DNA of 64,000 bases from a virus, in IMG/VR virus record IMGVR_UViG_3300035670_000053. One strand, given 5' to 3'. The position numbers and the translations under genes are program-made. The notes beneath the pieces were generated by a model. It was not told where the DNA came from and ran no database searches. It saw only the letters and a list, made by a program, of their open reading frames with translations. This document shows positions 56,760-64,000 of this stretch, one piece after another (within the stretch, counting starts at the first letter, position 1; each line of letters opens with the position of its first letter).

Positions 56760-56908
56760 TCCGATCCAACTTTACTTTGTAAGTTATCTTTCATAAATTT
56801 TAATGCTTGGCGGATAGTAGTAAAAATATATTCAGAATCTTCCTCATCGGATCTTACAGTTACAACATATCCATTTTTTACTTTTCTTAATTCAATAGAA
56901 TCAATCAT
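56756..56908 (-). CDS. Small hypothetical protein (50 aa, not in ORF track)
   Basis: MIDSIELRKVKNGYVVTV...; fills the gap between neighbours. Confidence 0.5.
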   Translation of the reverse strand: MIDSIELRKVKNGYVVTVRSDEEDSEYIFTTIRQALKFMKDNLQSKVGSD

Positions 56909-56911
56909 ATT

Positions 56912-57634
56912 TTACCTTTGTACGCTTAAGTTGTAATTGAAATGGAATATTCCAATATGTGCAATTTCTCTGCTTAACTCTTGATCGCACCAGATTTCAT
57001 ATCCTTCTTGCTTACACTTTTGGAAAAAGTAAATGTCTTCACCTACTTCTAAATTAAGATGGGGAATGTATTCTTGAAGATAGTGAGGTTGTGCTACTTT
57101 TTCATATACTTCTCTTTTTATTAAGCATAATCCATGTGGTAGTACATCACACATTTCCATTGCTGGACTGTTATCAGTTGTTTGAAACTCTCTAAAAGAT
57201 CCGGCTGATCCGGTCATACCAGTAAAACTTGGATTTGGGAATCTACGTCTACGATAATTTGCACCAACTATTGGTTTATTTCTAGCAAGCAACCTCATTG
57301 GTGTGTCAATTGGAAATTTCATATCACTATCGACCCACCATATATAATCAAAATTGCTTTTCATAAAAATATCTACTAAATTTCTACGAGCAATTGTGAT
57401 AACACTTCCTATATTAAATGCACAATTTATTTTTATTCCATTTGCCACCAAATTGGCTGATGCCATTGCTAAGTGTTGTGCAAATTCTGCATTTACCATT
57501 TCCATTGATGGTACTGCTATCATTATGCTTGGTGGTTGTGTTCTATTTACTGGTGCAGCGGGTTGTGCTGTAGCAACTGGTGGAGGTGGGGCAAGAACTT
57601 TTTTAGTTGGAATATTTAATTTACCTTTTTTCAT
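56912..57634 (-). CDS. Glycosyltransferase, GT-A/GT2-like
   Basis: ITIARRNLV, WWVDSDM (DxD), GLCLIKREV, GEDIYF, HIG. Confidence 0.8.
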   Translation of the reverse strand: MKKGKLNIPTKKVLAPPPPVATAQPAAPVNRTQPPSIMIAVPSMEMVNAEFAQHLAMASANLVANGIKINCAFNIGSVITIARRNLVDIFMKSNFDYIWWVDSDMKFPIDTPMRLLARNKPIVGANYRRRRFPNPSFTGMTGSAGSFREFQTTDNSPAMEMCDVLPHGLCLIKREVYEKVAQPHYLQEYIPHLNLEVGEDIYFFQKCKQEGYEIWCDQELSREIAHIGIFHFNYNLSVQR

Positions 57635-57715
57635 TATTATCCTTATATATTATTTTTCTATTTTTATATTTATTTTTTAATAAATCACGCAACGAGTATT
57701 CTATACTTTAGAGAA

Positions 57716-58225
57716 TTAAGTATCTAGCTTTTCAATATCAACCCCGCATTTTTTCAAAAACTCTATGCCATCAGTTGATCGATATTCATTTAAATAAAAT
57801 AATTTTCTTATACCTGCACCATATATACTTTTGGCGCATTCCATGCATGGGGCATGAGTGCAAAATAAATATGCACCGTCGCCCCCTGCATTTCCTTTTT
57901 TTGCTAATTTATCAATTGCGTTCCGTTCAGCATGTAAAACTTCAGGTTTAGTTTTAAGCCTTGTATATTGCTTAGTGTCTACATTGTAGGACCATGCCGC
58001 CTTTTCTGAAACGGTTTCTCTTACATCATATGTGACTAATTTATCTTCACAATTATTATCCCATCCAGCTGGAGTTCCATTCCATGAAAATGAAAGGATG
58101 TTATCATCTTTAACAATGACACAGCCCACCTGAAGTCTTATCGCTCTACTCATTTTTGCACATTGAATTGCAACGTCTGAGTAAAATTTTTTCATTCTAT
58201 CGTTCATTATTCTAGTTCGTTCCAT
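57716..58225 (-). CDS. dCMP deaminase
   Basis: VGCVIV, WNGTP, HAE, PCMEC zinc motifs. Confidence 0.9.
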   Translation of the reverse strand: MERTRIMNDRMKKFYSDVAIQCAKMSRAIRLQVGCVIVKDDNILSFSWNGTPAGWDNNCEDKLVTYDVRETVSEKAAWSYNVDTKQYTRLKTKPEVLHAERNAIDKLAKKGNAGGDGAYLFCTHAPCMECAKSIYGAGIRKLFYLNEYRSTDGIEFLKKCGVDIEKLDT

Positions 58226-58389
58226 ACCACACGACCAAACTGGTCAATTTTTGCTATACTTTCCAGTCTTTGAACTAGGACATATTCTCTATATTCAGAA
58301 ACTATTTTACCGCCTCTTTTAATTAGCTCATCAATTTTTTGATTTGCGACATTTGACATAGGTTCAAATTTCTTAAATTTTTTATCCAT
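58207..58389 (-). CDS. Small hypothetical protein
   Basis: 60 aa ORF. Confidence 0.55.
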   Translation of the reverse strand: MDKKFKKFEPMSNVANQKIDELIKRGGKIVSEYREYVLVQRLESIAKIDQFGRVVWNELE

Positions 58390-58421
58390 GATGGTTCCTA
58401 TTGTTATACTTTAATTATAAG

Positions 58422-58778
58422 TCATGTGAGTTTTTTTGTCAATGATAATTTTTTATTGTTTTCAATTTCATTGGCTGCTTCTTCTAACAAGTCAGCAATA
58501 CGATCGGGTTCACCCTCTTCTACACTTTTTCTACCTGGGATTTGTCTACGAATCTCTGCACGTTTACGTAAACGATAAATCAGTGGTTGGCTTTCGGTTG
58601 GAAGTCGTTGTAAACAGTTTACACCATCACATTCAGTTGAGCTTAAACATTTGATACATTTGACTCCCGGACATTCTTCTTTGGTATTATACACGGTTTC
58701 TACCGTATTACAAACCTTACAATAGGTTAGATCGGGCATACCAAATGCGGATTCGTCATTGCGCCATTGATGTTTCAT
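58422..58778 (-). CDS. Cys-rich small protein
   Basis: CxxC...C...CxxC...C...C, then a helical LRKRAEIRRQI module. Confidence 0.6.
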   Translation of the reverse strand: MKHQWRNDESAFGMPDLTYCKVCNTVETVYNTKEECPGVKCIKCLSSTECDGVNCLQRLPTESQPLIYRLRKRAEIRRQIPGRKSVEEGEPDRIADLLEEAANEIENNKKLSLTKKLT

Positions 58779-59176
58779 ACCAACTCCGATTCATTAATTC
58801 GTTCAAAAGCAACCACTGCTGGAAGTAATAGAACTGCCGCTGGGGTTTCACTGAGAATAGCCAAAACACGTAGTTTATCACTGGGTATATCTAGGTATTT
58901 ACTGGCGTCATCATATGCGATTAGTGCTGCTGTCGCATCCATAGTCGCAAGCTTAGCCGCACCCCAAGCTGTATTCCAAGCCGCAACCTTAGACGCATCC
59001 AAAGCCGCAATTCTAGACGCATCCAAAGCCGCACTATGTGCCGCATCCAAAGCCGCACCATGAGCCGCACTCCAAGCCGTATCCCTAGCTGCATCCCAAA
59101 TTTCAGGATGTGACTTTACAGACTCAAGTACCCGATCAATATGATAGGCATTTGGTAAGTGGCTCCAGACACTCAT
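58775..59176 (-). CDS. Ala/Trp-rich paralogue, copy 5
   Basis: W S.LPNA.HIDRV ... IAYDDASKYL ... AFERI.E family. Confidence 0.8.
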   Translation of the reverse strand: MSVWSHLPNAYHIDRVLESVKSHPEIWDAARDTAWSAAHGAALDAAHSAALDASRIAALDASKVAAWNTAWGAAKLATMDATAALIAYDDASKYLDIPSDKLRVLAILSETPAAVLLLPAVVAFERINESELV

Positions 59177-59574
59177 ATAGCATTCTCCAATTTATTAATT
59201 CGTTCAAACGCAATCACTGCTGGCAGCAATAGAATTGCTGCCGGGTTTTCACTGATAATGGCCAAAACACGTAGTTTATCACTGGGTATATCTAGGTATT
59301 TACTGGCATCATCAAATGCAATTAGTGCTGCTGTCGCATCCATAGTCGCAAGCGTAGCCGCAACCCAAGCTACATTCCAAGCCGTAACCCAAGACGCATT
59401 CAAAGCCGTAACCCTAGACGCATTCAAAGCCGCAAACCTAGACGCATCCAAAGCCGCACCATGAGCCGCAAGTCTAGTATTCAAAGCCGCATCCCAAATT
59501 TCAGGATGCGATTTCGCTGACTCAAGTACCCTATCAATATGACAGGCATTTGGTAAATGACTCCATGCGTTCAT
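59173..59574 (-). CDS. Ala/Trp-rich paralogue, copy 4
   Basis: Same family; ATGA overlap. Confidence 0.8.
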   Translation of the reverse strand: MNAWSHLPNACHIDRVLESAKSHPEIWDAALNTRLAAHGAALDASRFAALNASRVTALNASWVTAWNVAWVAATLATMDATAALIAFDDASKYLDIPSDKLRVLAIISENPAAILLLPAVIAFERINKLENAI

Positions 59575-59960
59575 ACACACTCTAATTCACGAATTCGTTC
59601 AAAAGCAACCACTGCTGGAATCAATAGAACTGCTGCTGGGTCTTCACTAAGTATAGCCCAAACACGTAGTTGTTCGACAGGCATGTCTAGATATTTACTG
59701 GAATCATCATATACGATTAGGGCTGCTATCGGACCCCAAGCCGCACCCCGAGCCGCATTCCGTGCCGCAAGCCAAATCGCATCCCACGCCGCACTCGGAG
59801 CCGTATTCCGTGCCGCAAGCCAAATCGCATCCCACACCGCACTCGGAGCCGTATTCCTAGCCACAAGCCAAGCCGCATCCCAAATTTCAGGATGTGATTT
59901 CACTGACTTAATTACCCGATCAATATGATGGGCATTAGGCAAATTACTCCAGGCACTCAT
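59571..59960 (-). CDS. Ala/Trp-rich paralogue, copy 3
   Basis: Same family; internal 16 aa (48 bp) repeat. Confidence 0.8.
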   Translation of the reverse strand: MSAWSNLPNAHHIDRVIKSVKSHPEIWDAAWLVARNTAPSAVWDAIWLAARNTAPSAAWDAIWLAARNAARGAAWGPIAALIVYDDSSKYLDMPVEQLRVWAILSEDPAAVLLIPAVVAFERIRELECV

Positions 59961-60355
59961 ACACACTCCAATTCATTAATTCGTTCAAAAGCAATTACTG
60001 CTGGAATCAATAGAATTGCTGCTGGTATTTCACTGAGAATAGCCCAGATACGTAGATGATCACTAGGCATGTCTAGATATTTACTGGCGTCGTCATATGC
60101 GATTAGGGCGATTATCGCATTCCACGCCGCATCCCGAGCCGCAAGCCAATCCGCACCCCGAGCCGTAAGCCTAGCACCCAAAGCCGCATCCCAAGCCTCA
60201 TTATGATCTGTATCCCTAGCCGCATTTGTGGCCGCATTTGTAGCCGCATCCCAAGCCTTATCCCAAGTCGCACCCCAAATTTCAGGATGCGATTTCGCTG
60301 ACTCAAGTACCCGATCAATATGATGGGCATTTGGTAAATGACTCCATGCATTCAT
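59957..60355 (-). CDS. Ala/Trp-rich paralogue, copy 2
   Basis: Same family; ATGA overlap. Confidence 0.8.
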   Translation of the reverse strand: MNAWSHLPNAHHIDRVLESAKSHPEIWGATWDKAWDAATNAATNAARDTDHNEAWDAALGARLTARGADWLAARDAAWNAIIALIAYDDASKYLDMPSDHLRIWAILSEIPAAILLIPAVIAFERINELECV

Positions 60356-60741
60356 ACACACTCCAATTCACGAATTCGTTCAAAAGCAACCACTGCTGGT
60401 AGTAATAAAACCGATGCCGGGTCTTCACTAAGAATAGCCCAAACACGTAGTTGATCGCTGGGTATGTATAGATATTTGCTAGCGTCATCATATGCGATTA
60501 GGGCTGTTATCGCACCCCAAGCCGCATTCCAAGCCGCATACCTAGCCGCACCCAAAGCCGCACCCAAAGCCGCATACCTAGCCGCATACCTATCCGAAAG
60601 CCGAGCCGCACCCAAAGCCGCATACCTAGACGAAAGCCTAGCCTCATCCCAAATCGCATCCCAAATTTCAGTATGCGACTTTACAGACTCAAGTACCCTA
60701 TCAATATGACAGGCATTAGGCAAACGACTCCATGCGTTCAT
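60352..60741 (-). CDS. Ala/Trp-rich paralogue, copy 1
   Basis: Same family; ATGA overlap with the RNA ligase stop. Confidence 0.8.
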   Translation of the reverse strand: MNAWSRLPNACHIDRVLESVKSHTEIWDAIWDEARLSSRYAALGAARLSDRYAARYAALGAALGAARYAAWNAAWGAITALIAYDDASKYLYIPSDQLRVWAILSEDPASVLLLPAVVAFERIRELECV

Positions 60742-61655
60742 ACAGTATTCTCCATATAGGTTCTAACCCACTCCAACCGTTGTTGTTCGGTCATATCAGT
60801 ATATTCTACAATGTTTTCACGAATGTAGTCAATTAACCCATGATATTCTTCATCAATGCTACGCTTGATGTCCCTATTTAAGTCCACTAGCTTGTCAGTA
60901 TTTGGGTTTCTCGCTACCCACTTGTTTACCAAGTAATACGGGCTCTTGATCTTGGTAGACCGACCATCATCGGTGTATACAACATAACCTTCGTGACGAC
61001 ACTCCTTAGTCAACTCTTGAATTCTACCCATATTGGTAACAGTACATTCAGGCGTATAACAACCCAACTCTTTCGCTAGATCACGCAGAGTAAAACTATC
61101 ATACTGTACCCGAGAACCCCACACATTTTCCCGAAAACCCAACAAATACATGCCAGGACGTTCAGGAACAATGTGCGGATCATCTACATGGCAACATTCA
61201 AACATAAAGGTCACACCCTGCATATCGCTGCGGCTGAAAACCAAACACCAATCTTCGTAATTATATTGTTCACGGATCATTTTACGAACCATGTTAACAT
61301 AATCACTATCCAATGAACCAGTAGTGCTGATCAACAAATCACCACGATACCAGGTAACGGACGCCATAAATCCGTTAATTTTACGGAAAGCAGTTACCTT
61401 GGTATCAACATCAATCGCAGGCGCACGGCTTTCGATACCGAAGTTATAAATTTTTTTAAACGGATAAGCAACCAGATTGAAATCCTGATCAACGACCGCA
61501 CCACGACATTCTTCCAGATATTGATCCCAGGAATTCTTGTAAAAGACCTTCTTGTTGTACTTCAGCACATACAAACTAGGATATATAGCAGATTCCCGCA
61601 TCTTTACAGACTGGGAATTCTGCCGTACATATTCACGCAATTCATCACGAAACAT
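60738..61655 (-). CDS. RNA ligase, T4 Rnl1-like
   Basis: ECRG.V, PF.KIYN, motif I KINGF, TTGS, FEC, EGYVVY, KIKS..Y. Confidence 0.8.
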   Translation of the reverse strand: MFRDELREYVRQNSQSVKMRESAIYPSLYVLKYNKKVFYKNSWDQYLEECRGAVVDQDFNLVAYPFKKIYNFGIESRAPAIDVDTKVTAFRKINGFMASVTWYRGDLLISTTGSLDSDYVNMVRKMIREQYNYEDWCLVFSRSDMQGVTFMFECCHVDDPHIVPERPGMYLLGFRENVWGSRVQYDSFTLRDLAKELGCYTPECTVTNMGRIQELTKECRHEGYVVYTDDGRSTKIKSPYYLVNKWVARNPNTDKLVDLNRDIKRSIDEEYHGLIDYIRENIVEYTDMTEQQRLEWVRTYMENTV

Positions 61656-61656
61656 T

Positions 61657-62286
61657 TTAGACTTTCAATTGATTGGGGATAATTTTACTATGCATCCAAT
61701 GCTTGTCGGTTTGCACATGTCCTGCACGAACCCATTTAGCAACGTGTGTGTCAAATTGATTATAACTGAAATCTTCAGCAATCCGAACAACAAAACCTTC
61801 TTTATTTTCTACATCAAAGTTGTTTGCGATATGTTCTACAGTTTTGACGTCGAAAACACCACGATAAATCACTGGTACAGGAGTGACACCCAACAGTTCA
61901 AAGAACTCAAGAGTATCGTCCCAAGACAAGCAACGATCACCATCCCACACGCTGAAACCGTAGAAATACGTTTCCAAACTGTCGTAACTTACGGAGTGCC
62001 TCGCATATACATTTTCACCGCAAATTCGAAAATTACTTGGTATATCCAATCGAATGCTATTCCAAAAATTTTTAACCCAATCACGACTAGGATGATGACG
62101 GGAATCAACACTCCTAGCATGAATATGATCTGTATACATGGTGGTATTTTCTCCATCCATTTTCTCCGTAATGACGACCTCACGACCTTCAAGGCTATTT
62201 AGTGAAGATATACGAGTATCATCCCGCTGCATACCGGGACTGAATGGTAGATGAGATGTGCTAGGGTACTTGATATAAGTAGTCAT
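61657..62286 (-). CDS. RNA ligase, Rnl2-like nucleotidyltransferase
   Basis: KYPSTSHLPFSPG, TEKMDGEN, CGEN, FSVWD, EGFVVR, KWVR. Start moved to MTTYIKYP (GAGGA RBS; promoter upstream). Confidence 0.8.
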   Translation of the reverse strand: MTTYIKYPSTSHLPFSPGMQRDDTRISSLNSLEGREVVITEKMDGENTTMYTDHIHARSVDSRHHPSRDWVKNFWNSIRLDIPSNFRICGENVYARHSVSYDSLETYFYGFSVWDGDRCLSWDDTLEFFELLGVTPVPVIYRGVFDVKTVEHIANNFDVENKEGFVVRIAEDFSYNQFDTHVAKWVRAGHVQTDKHWMHSKIIPNQLKV

Positions 62287-62308
62287 GATGATCCTCACTA
62301 TTTTTTGT

Positions 62309-62337
62309 ATTATAGTGTAGATATTATTCCAAGTCAA
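62309..62337 (-). promoter_or_regulatory. Sigma70-like promoter
   Basis: TTGACT-17 nt-TATAAT. Confidence 0.75.
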
Positions 62338-62351
62338 GTACTAAACTTGTG

Positions 62352-62582
62352 TTATTGTTTAGACTCCCAAGCCCAATTGACGACAATCCAATCCTCTAAA
62401 CAATCTTCAAATGTATAGTTTTCGTCTACATAAGATTGTTCATATTTTTCACACATACGATTATACCAATAGGGCCAATATTTTCGTTTAATATCATCTT
62501 CACTGACCGTAACTATATACCCACCAGTTTCATCAGCAAATAAACTATTGGGATCATATTCGTTGTATGAAAAATATCTCAT
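62352..62582 (-). CDS. Small hypothetical protein
   Basis: 76 aa aromatic/acidic ORF. Confidence 0.6.
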   Translation of the reverse strand: MRYFSYNEYDPNSLFADETGGYIVTVSEDDIKRKYWPYWYNRMCEKYEQSYVDENYTFEDCLEDWIVVNWAWESKQ

Positions 62583-62590
62583 AACAATAT

Positions 62591-63091
62591 TTATTCTAAT
62601 ACTTCATTGGGGAATTCATCTGTAGATGAAAATACATATTCTGGATGTTCGGGTTTGGTATACGGGAAAGTGATATATACTCGACTATTTCTATTAGTGA
62701 AATATGTTTTGAAAACTTCACCAGTTTCAGTATCTTTGTACCATTCCCAAAAAACACGTCCATCTATGTCATATGCGCCAGTTTCATCTTTGAATACACT
62801 GCTACACCGTTTATTTTGCCACAAGGGACTGCCATTGTATTCTGCTACATTATTCCACTCCCAATCTTCTCCTGTTAGAGGAGCGATTGGCTTAAACTTG
62901 GCTAATGTAGAAAATAAATTAATAGCATATGGTGCACTACTGCCCGAATGACCTTCTTCAGAAAATACTTCCAATAGTTTCAAGACATGCTCACATATCG
63001 CTTGTTGCATTTCGTCTTTAAAAACGCCATTTTCGTTGCACCAACCTGCTGCTATAAATTCATTCTGTGCATGAAATTTAAGATTGCTCAT
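62591..63091 (-). CDS. Hypothetical protein
   Basis: 166 aa; EGHSGSSA, PIAPLTGED.EW, QNKRCS.VFK. Confidence 0.7.
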   Translation of the reverse strand: MSNLKFHAQNEFIAAGWCNENGVFKDEMQQAICEHVLKLLEVFSEEGHSGSSAPYAINLFSTLAKFKPIAPLTGEDWEWNNVAEYNGSPLWQNKRCSSVFKDETGAYDIDGRVFWEWYKDTETGEVFKTYFTNRNSRVYITFPYTKPEHPEYVFSSTDEFPNEVLE

Positions 63092-63104
63092 TTATTATTT
63101 CCGT

Positions 63105-63575
63105 TTAATCATGATCAAATTCGTCAGCATCAAAACCATTTCTGGTTGCAATTACTTTTGTATGATCTCCAAACATTTCTCGCATAATATCTTTCATCTC
63201 AACTGAAGTAATCATATCACTGATAAGTTCGCAACTTTCTTTATCAATTCCAGTTGAATTGGGGATTCTTTTGATAAAATACTCTACCCAAACATCCTCA
63301 AGGTCACCATCATATTCTCCCCAAGAACTTACGTTTTCAAGTTCATCAGCTGGGGCATTAGTAAAATAAACTTCGTGTACATTAAACACACATTCATCAC
63401 CATCATTAAAGTATGGAGTATATTGTGTCCAAGTAAATGCAGTAATATCTGGATTCTTGTTAAAGAATTCTTTGGTTACTTCTTTGAAGATAGATTGCGC
63501 ATCTTCTTGAAATTTCTTTTTCAATTTTTGTTGTTCAGCGATAAGTTGATCGAAACGTTCTTGTAATGTATTCAT
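63105..63575 (-). CDS. Hypothetical acidic protein
   Basis: WTQYTPYFNDGDECVF, MFGDH. Confidence 0.7.
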   Translation of the reverse strand: MNTLQERFDQLIAEQQKLKKKFQEDAQSIFKEVTKEFFNKNPDITAFTWTQYTPYFNDGDECVFNVHEVYFTNAPADELENVSSWGEYDGDLEDVWVEYFIKRIPNSTGIDKESCELISDMITSVEMKDIMREMFGDHTKVIATRNGFDADEFDHD

Positions 63576-63577
63576 TT

Positions 63578-63943
63578 TTAGTCCTCTAGGTTAATATGTT
63601 TACGATTGATTGATTTACGAGTTTTCTCGGTCCCTGACATCCAATTTTGTAATGTCATGTTATTCAGGTATTGTTCCACCGTTGGAATAAAACCCAAATC
63701 TTGCAACAGATGATCTTCAGCAATATCACGTGGACTGTATTCACGGCCATCTGAATTAATTCTTGTTCTGCCAAAGATGCGTTCTACAATATAGCACCCG
63801 AAAGCACTATGAAGTATAGCACGATGTCTCACATCTGCAATAGTTTGTTTAGAACTATCAATAAAATCATCTATATCAGCATAATCATCCGGTTTCCCGC
63901 CATACTTTTTTGCATGAATTTTACTGTGTAGAAATGGTTTCAT
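63578..63943 (-). CDS. His-rich hypothetical protein (DUF6915-like)
   Basis: MKP..HS...AKKYGG...DY..I..F.D.SK....D.RHRAILH..FG...E..FG...AEDH. Confidence 0.65.
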   Translation of the reverse strand: MKPFLHSKIHAKKYGGKPDDYADIDDFIDSSKQTIADVRHRAILHSAFGCYIVERIFGRTRINSDGREYSPRDIAEDHLLQDLGFIPTVEQYLNNMTLQNWMSGTEKTRKSINRKHINLED

Positions 63944-63965
63944 AAAAATTTCTCATGTTTAAGAT

Positions 63966-63994
63966 ATTGTATCATGGATGATATAGGCTGTCAA
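63966..63994 (-). promoter_or_regulatory. Sigma70 promoter
   Basis: TTGACA-17 nt-TACAAT. Confidence 0.75.
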
Positions 63995-64000
63995 TATATT

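Noticed and set aside
58767-60709. Plus-strand and alternative-frame ORFs over the Ala/Trp paralogues
   Set aside because: Shadows of GCC/GCA-rich repeats; the minus-strand frame tiles cleanly with ATGA overlaps.
44860-60741. Diversity-generating retroelement behind either array
   Set aside because: No reverse transcriptase (YxDD) ORF was found, and I saw no template/variable repeat pair differing only at adenines.
61552-62202. 216 aa plus-strand ORF opposite the RNA ligase
   Set aside because: It is fully antisense to a gene with clear ligase motifs and has no recognisable motif of its own.

Overview
This window is a 64 kb AT-rich segment of a large tailed dsDNA bacteriophage with T4-like/jumbo-type gene content. 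The spanin pair suggests a Gram-negative host. Almost all genes lie on the minus strand. From left to right: three tail/baseplate paralogues (+); thyA and dihydrofolate reductase; a vWA-metallopeptidase plus MoxR-like AAA pair; RNase H; a glycosyltransferase; sliding clamp; family B DNA polymerase; a methyltransferase; a cluster of probable head-internal proteins (one interrupted by an intein, plus a Dps, a kinase-like protein and a peptidoglycan-binding enzyme); ClpA; DnaJ; a holin/GH19 endolysin/spanin lysis block; PhoH; clamp loader; GroES; a small DnaE-like fragment; a Gly-X-Gln collagen-like fibre with a C-terminal S74 chaperone; a GIY-YIG endonuclease overlapping uvsE; ClpP; Bax-inhibitor-1; MazG-like; dCMP deaminase; and two RNA ligases. 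Four things stand out. (1) 44860-48951 is a promoter-headed array of about 16 small ORFs with divergent bodies that end in the same DNA junction (TTGAGGTGGTCATGA = L-R-W-S-stop fused to the next ATG). It includes one TAG-interrupted unit and one internally deleted unit. (2) An intein sits in a small non-replication protein (17329-18162). (3) Five tandem Ala/Trp-rich paralogues have constant ends and variable middles (58775-60741). (4) The phage carries a broad proteostasis gene set. No tRNA, rRNA, CRISPR array, integrase or reverse transcriptase was recognised. All family assignments come from motif recognition by eye, not from database searches.
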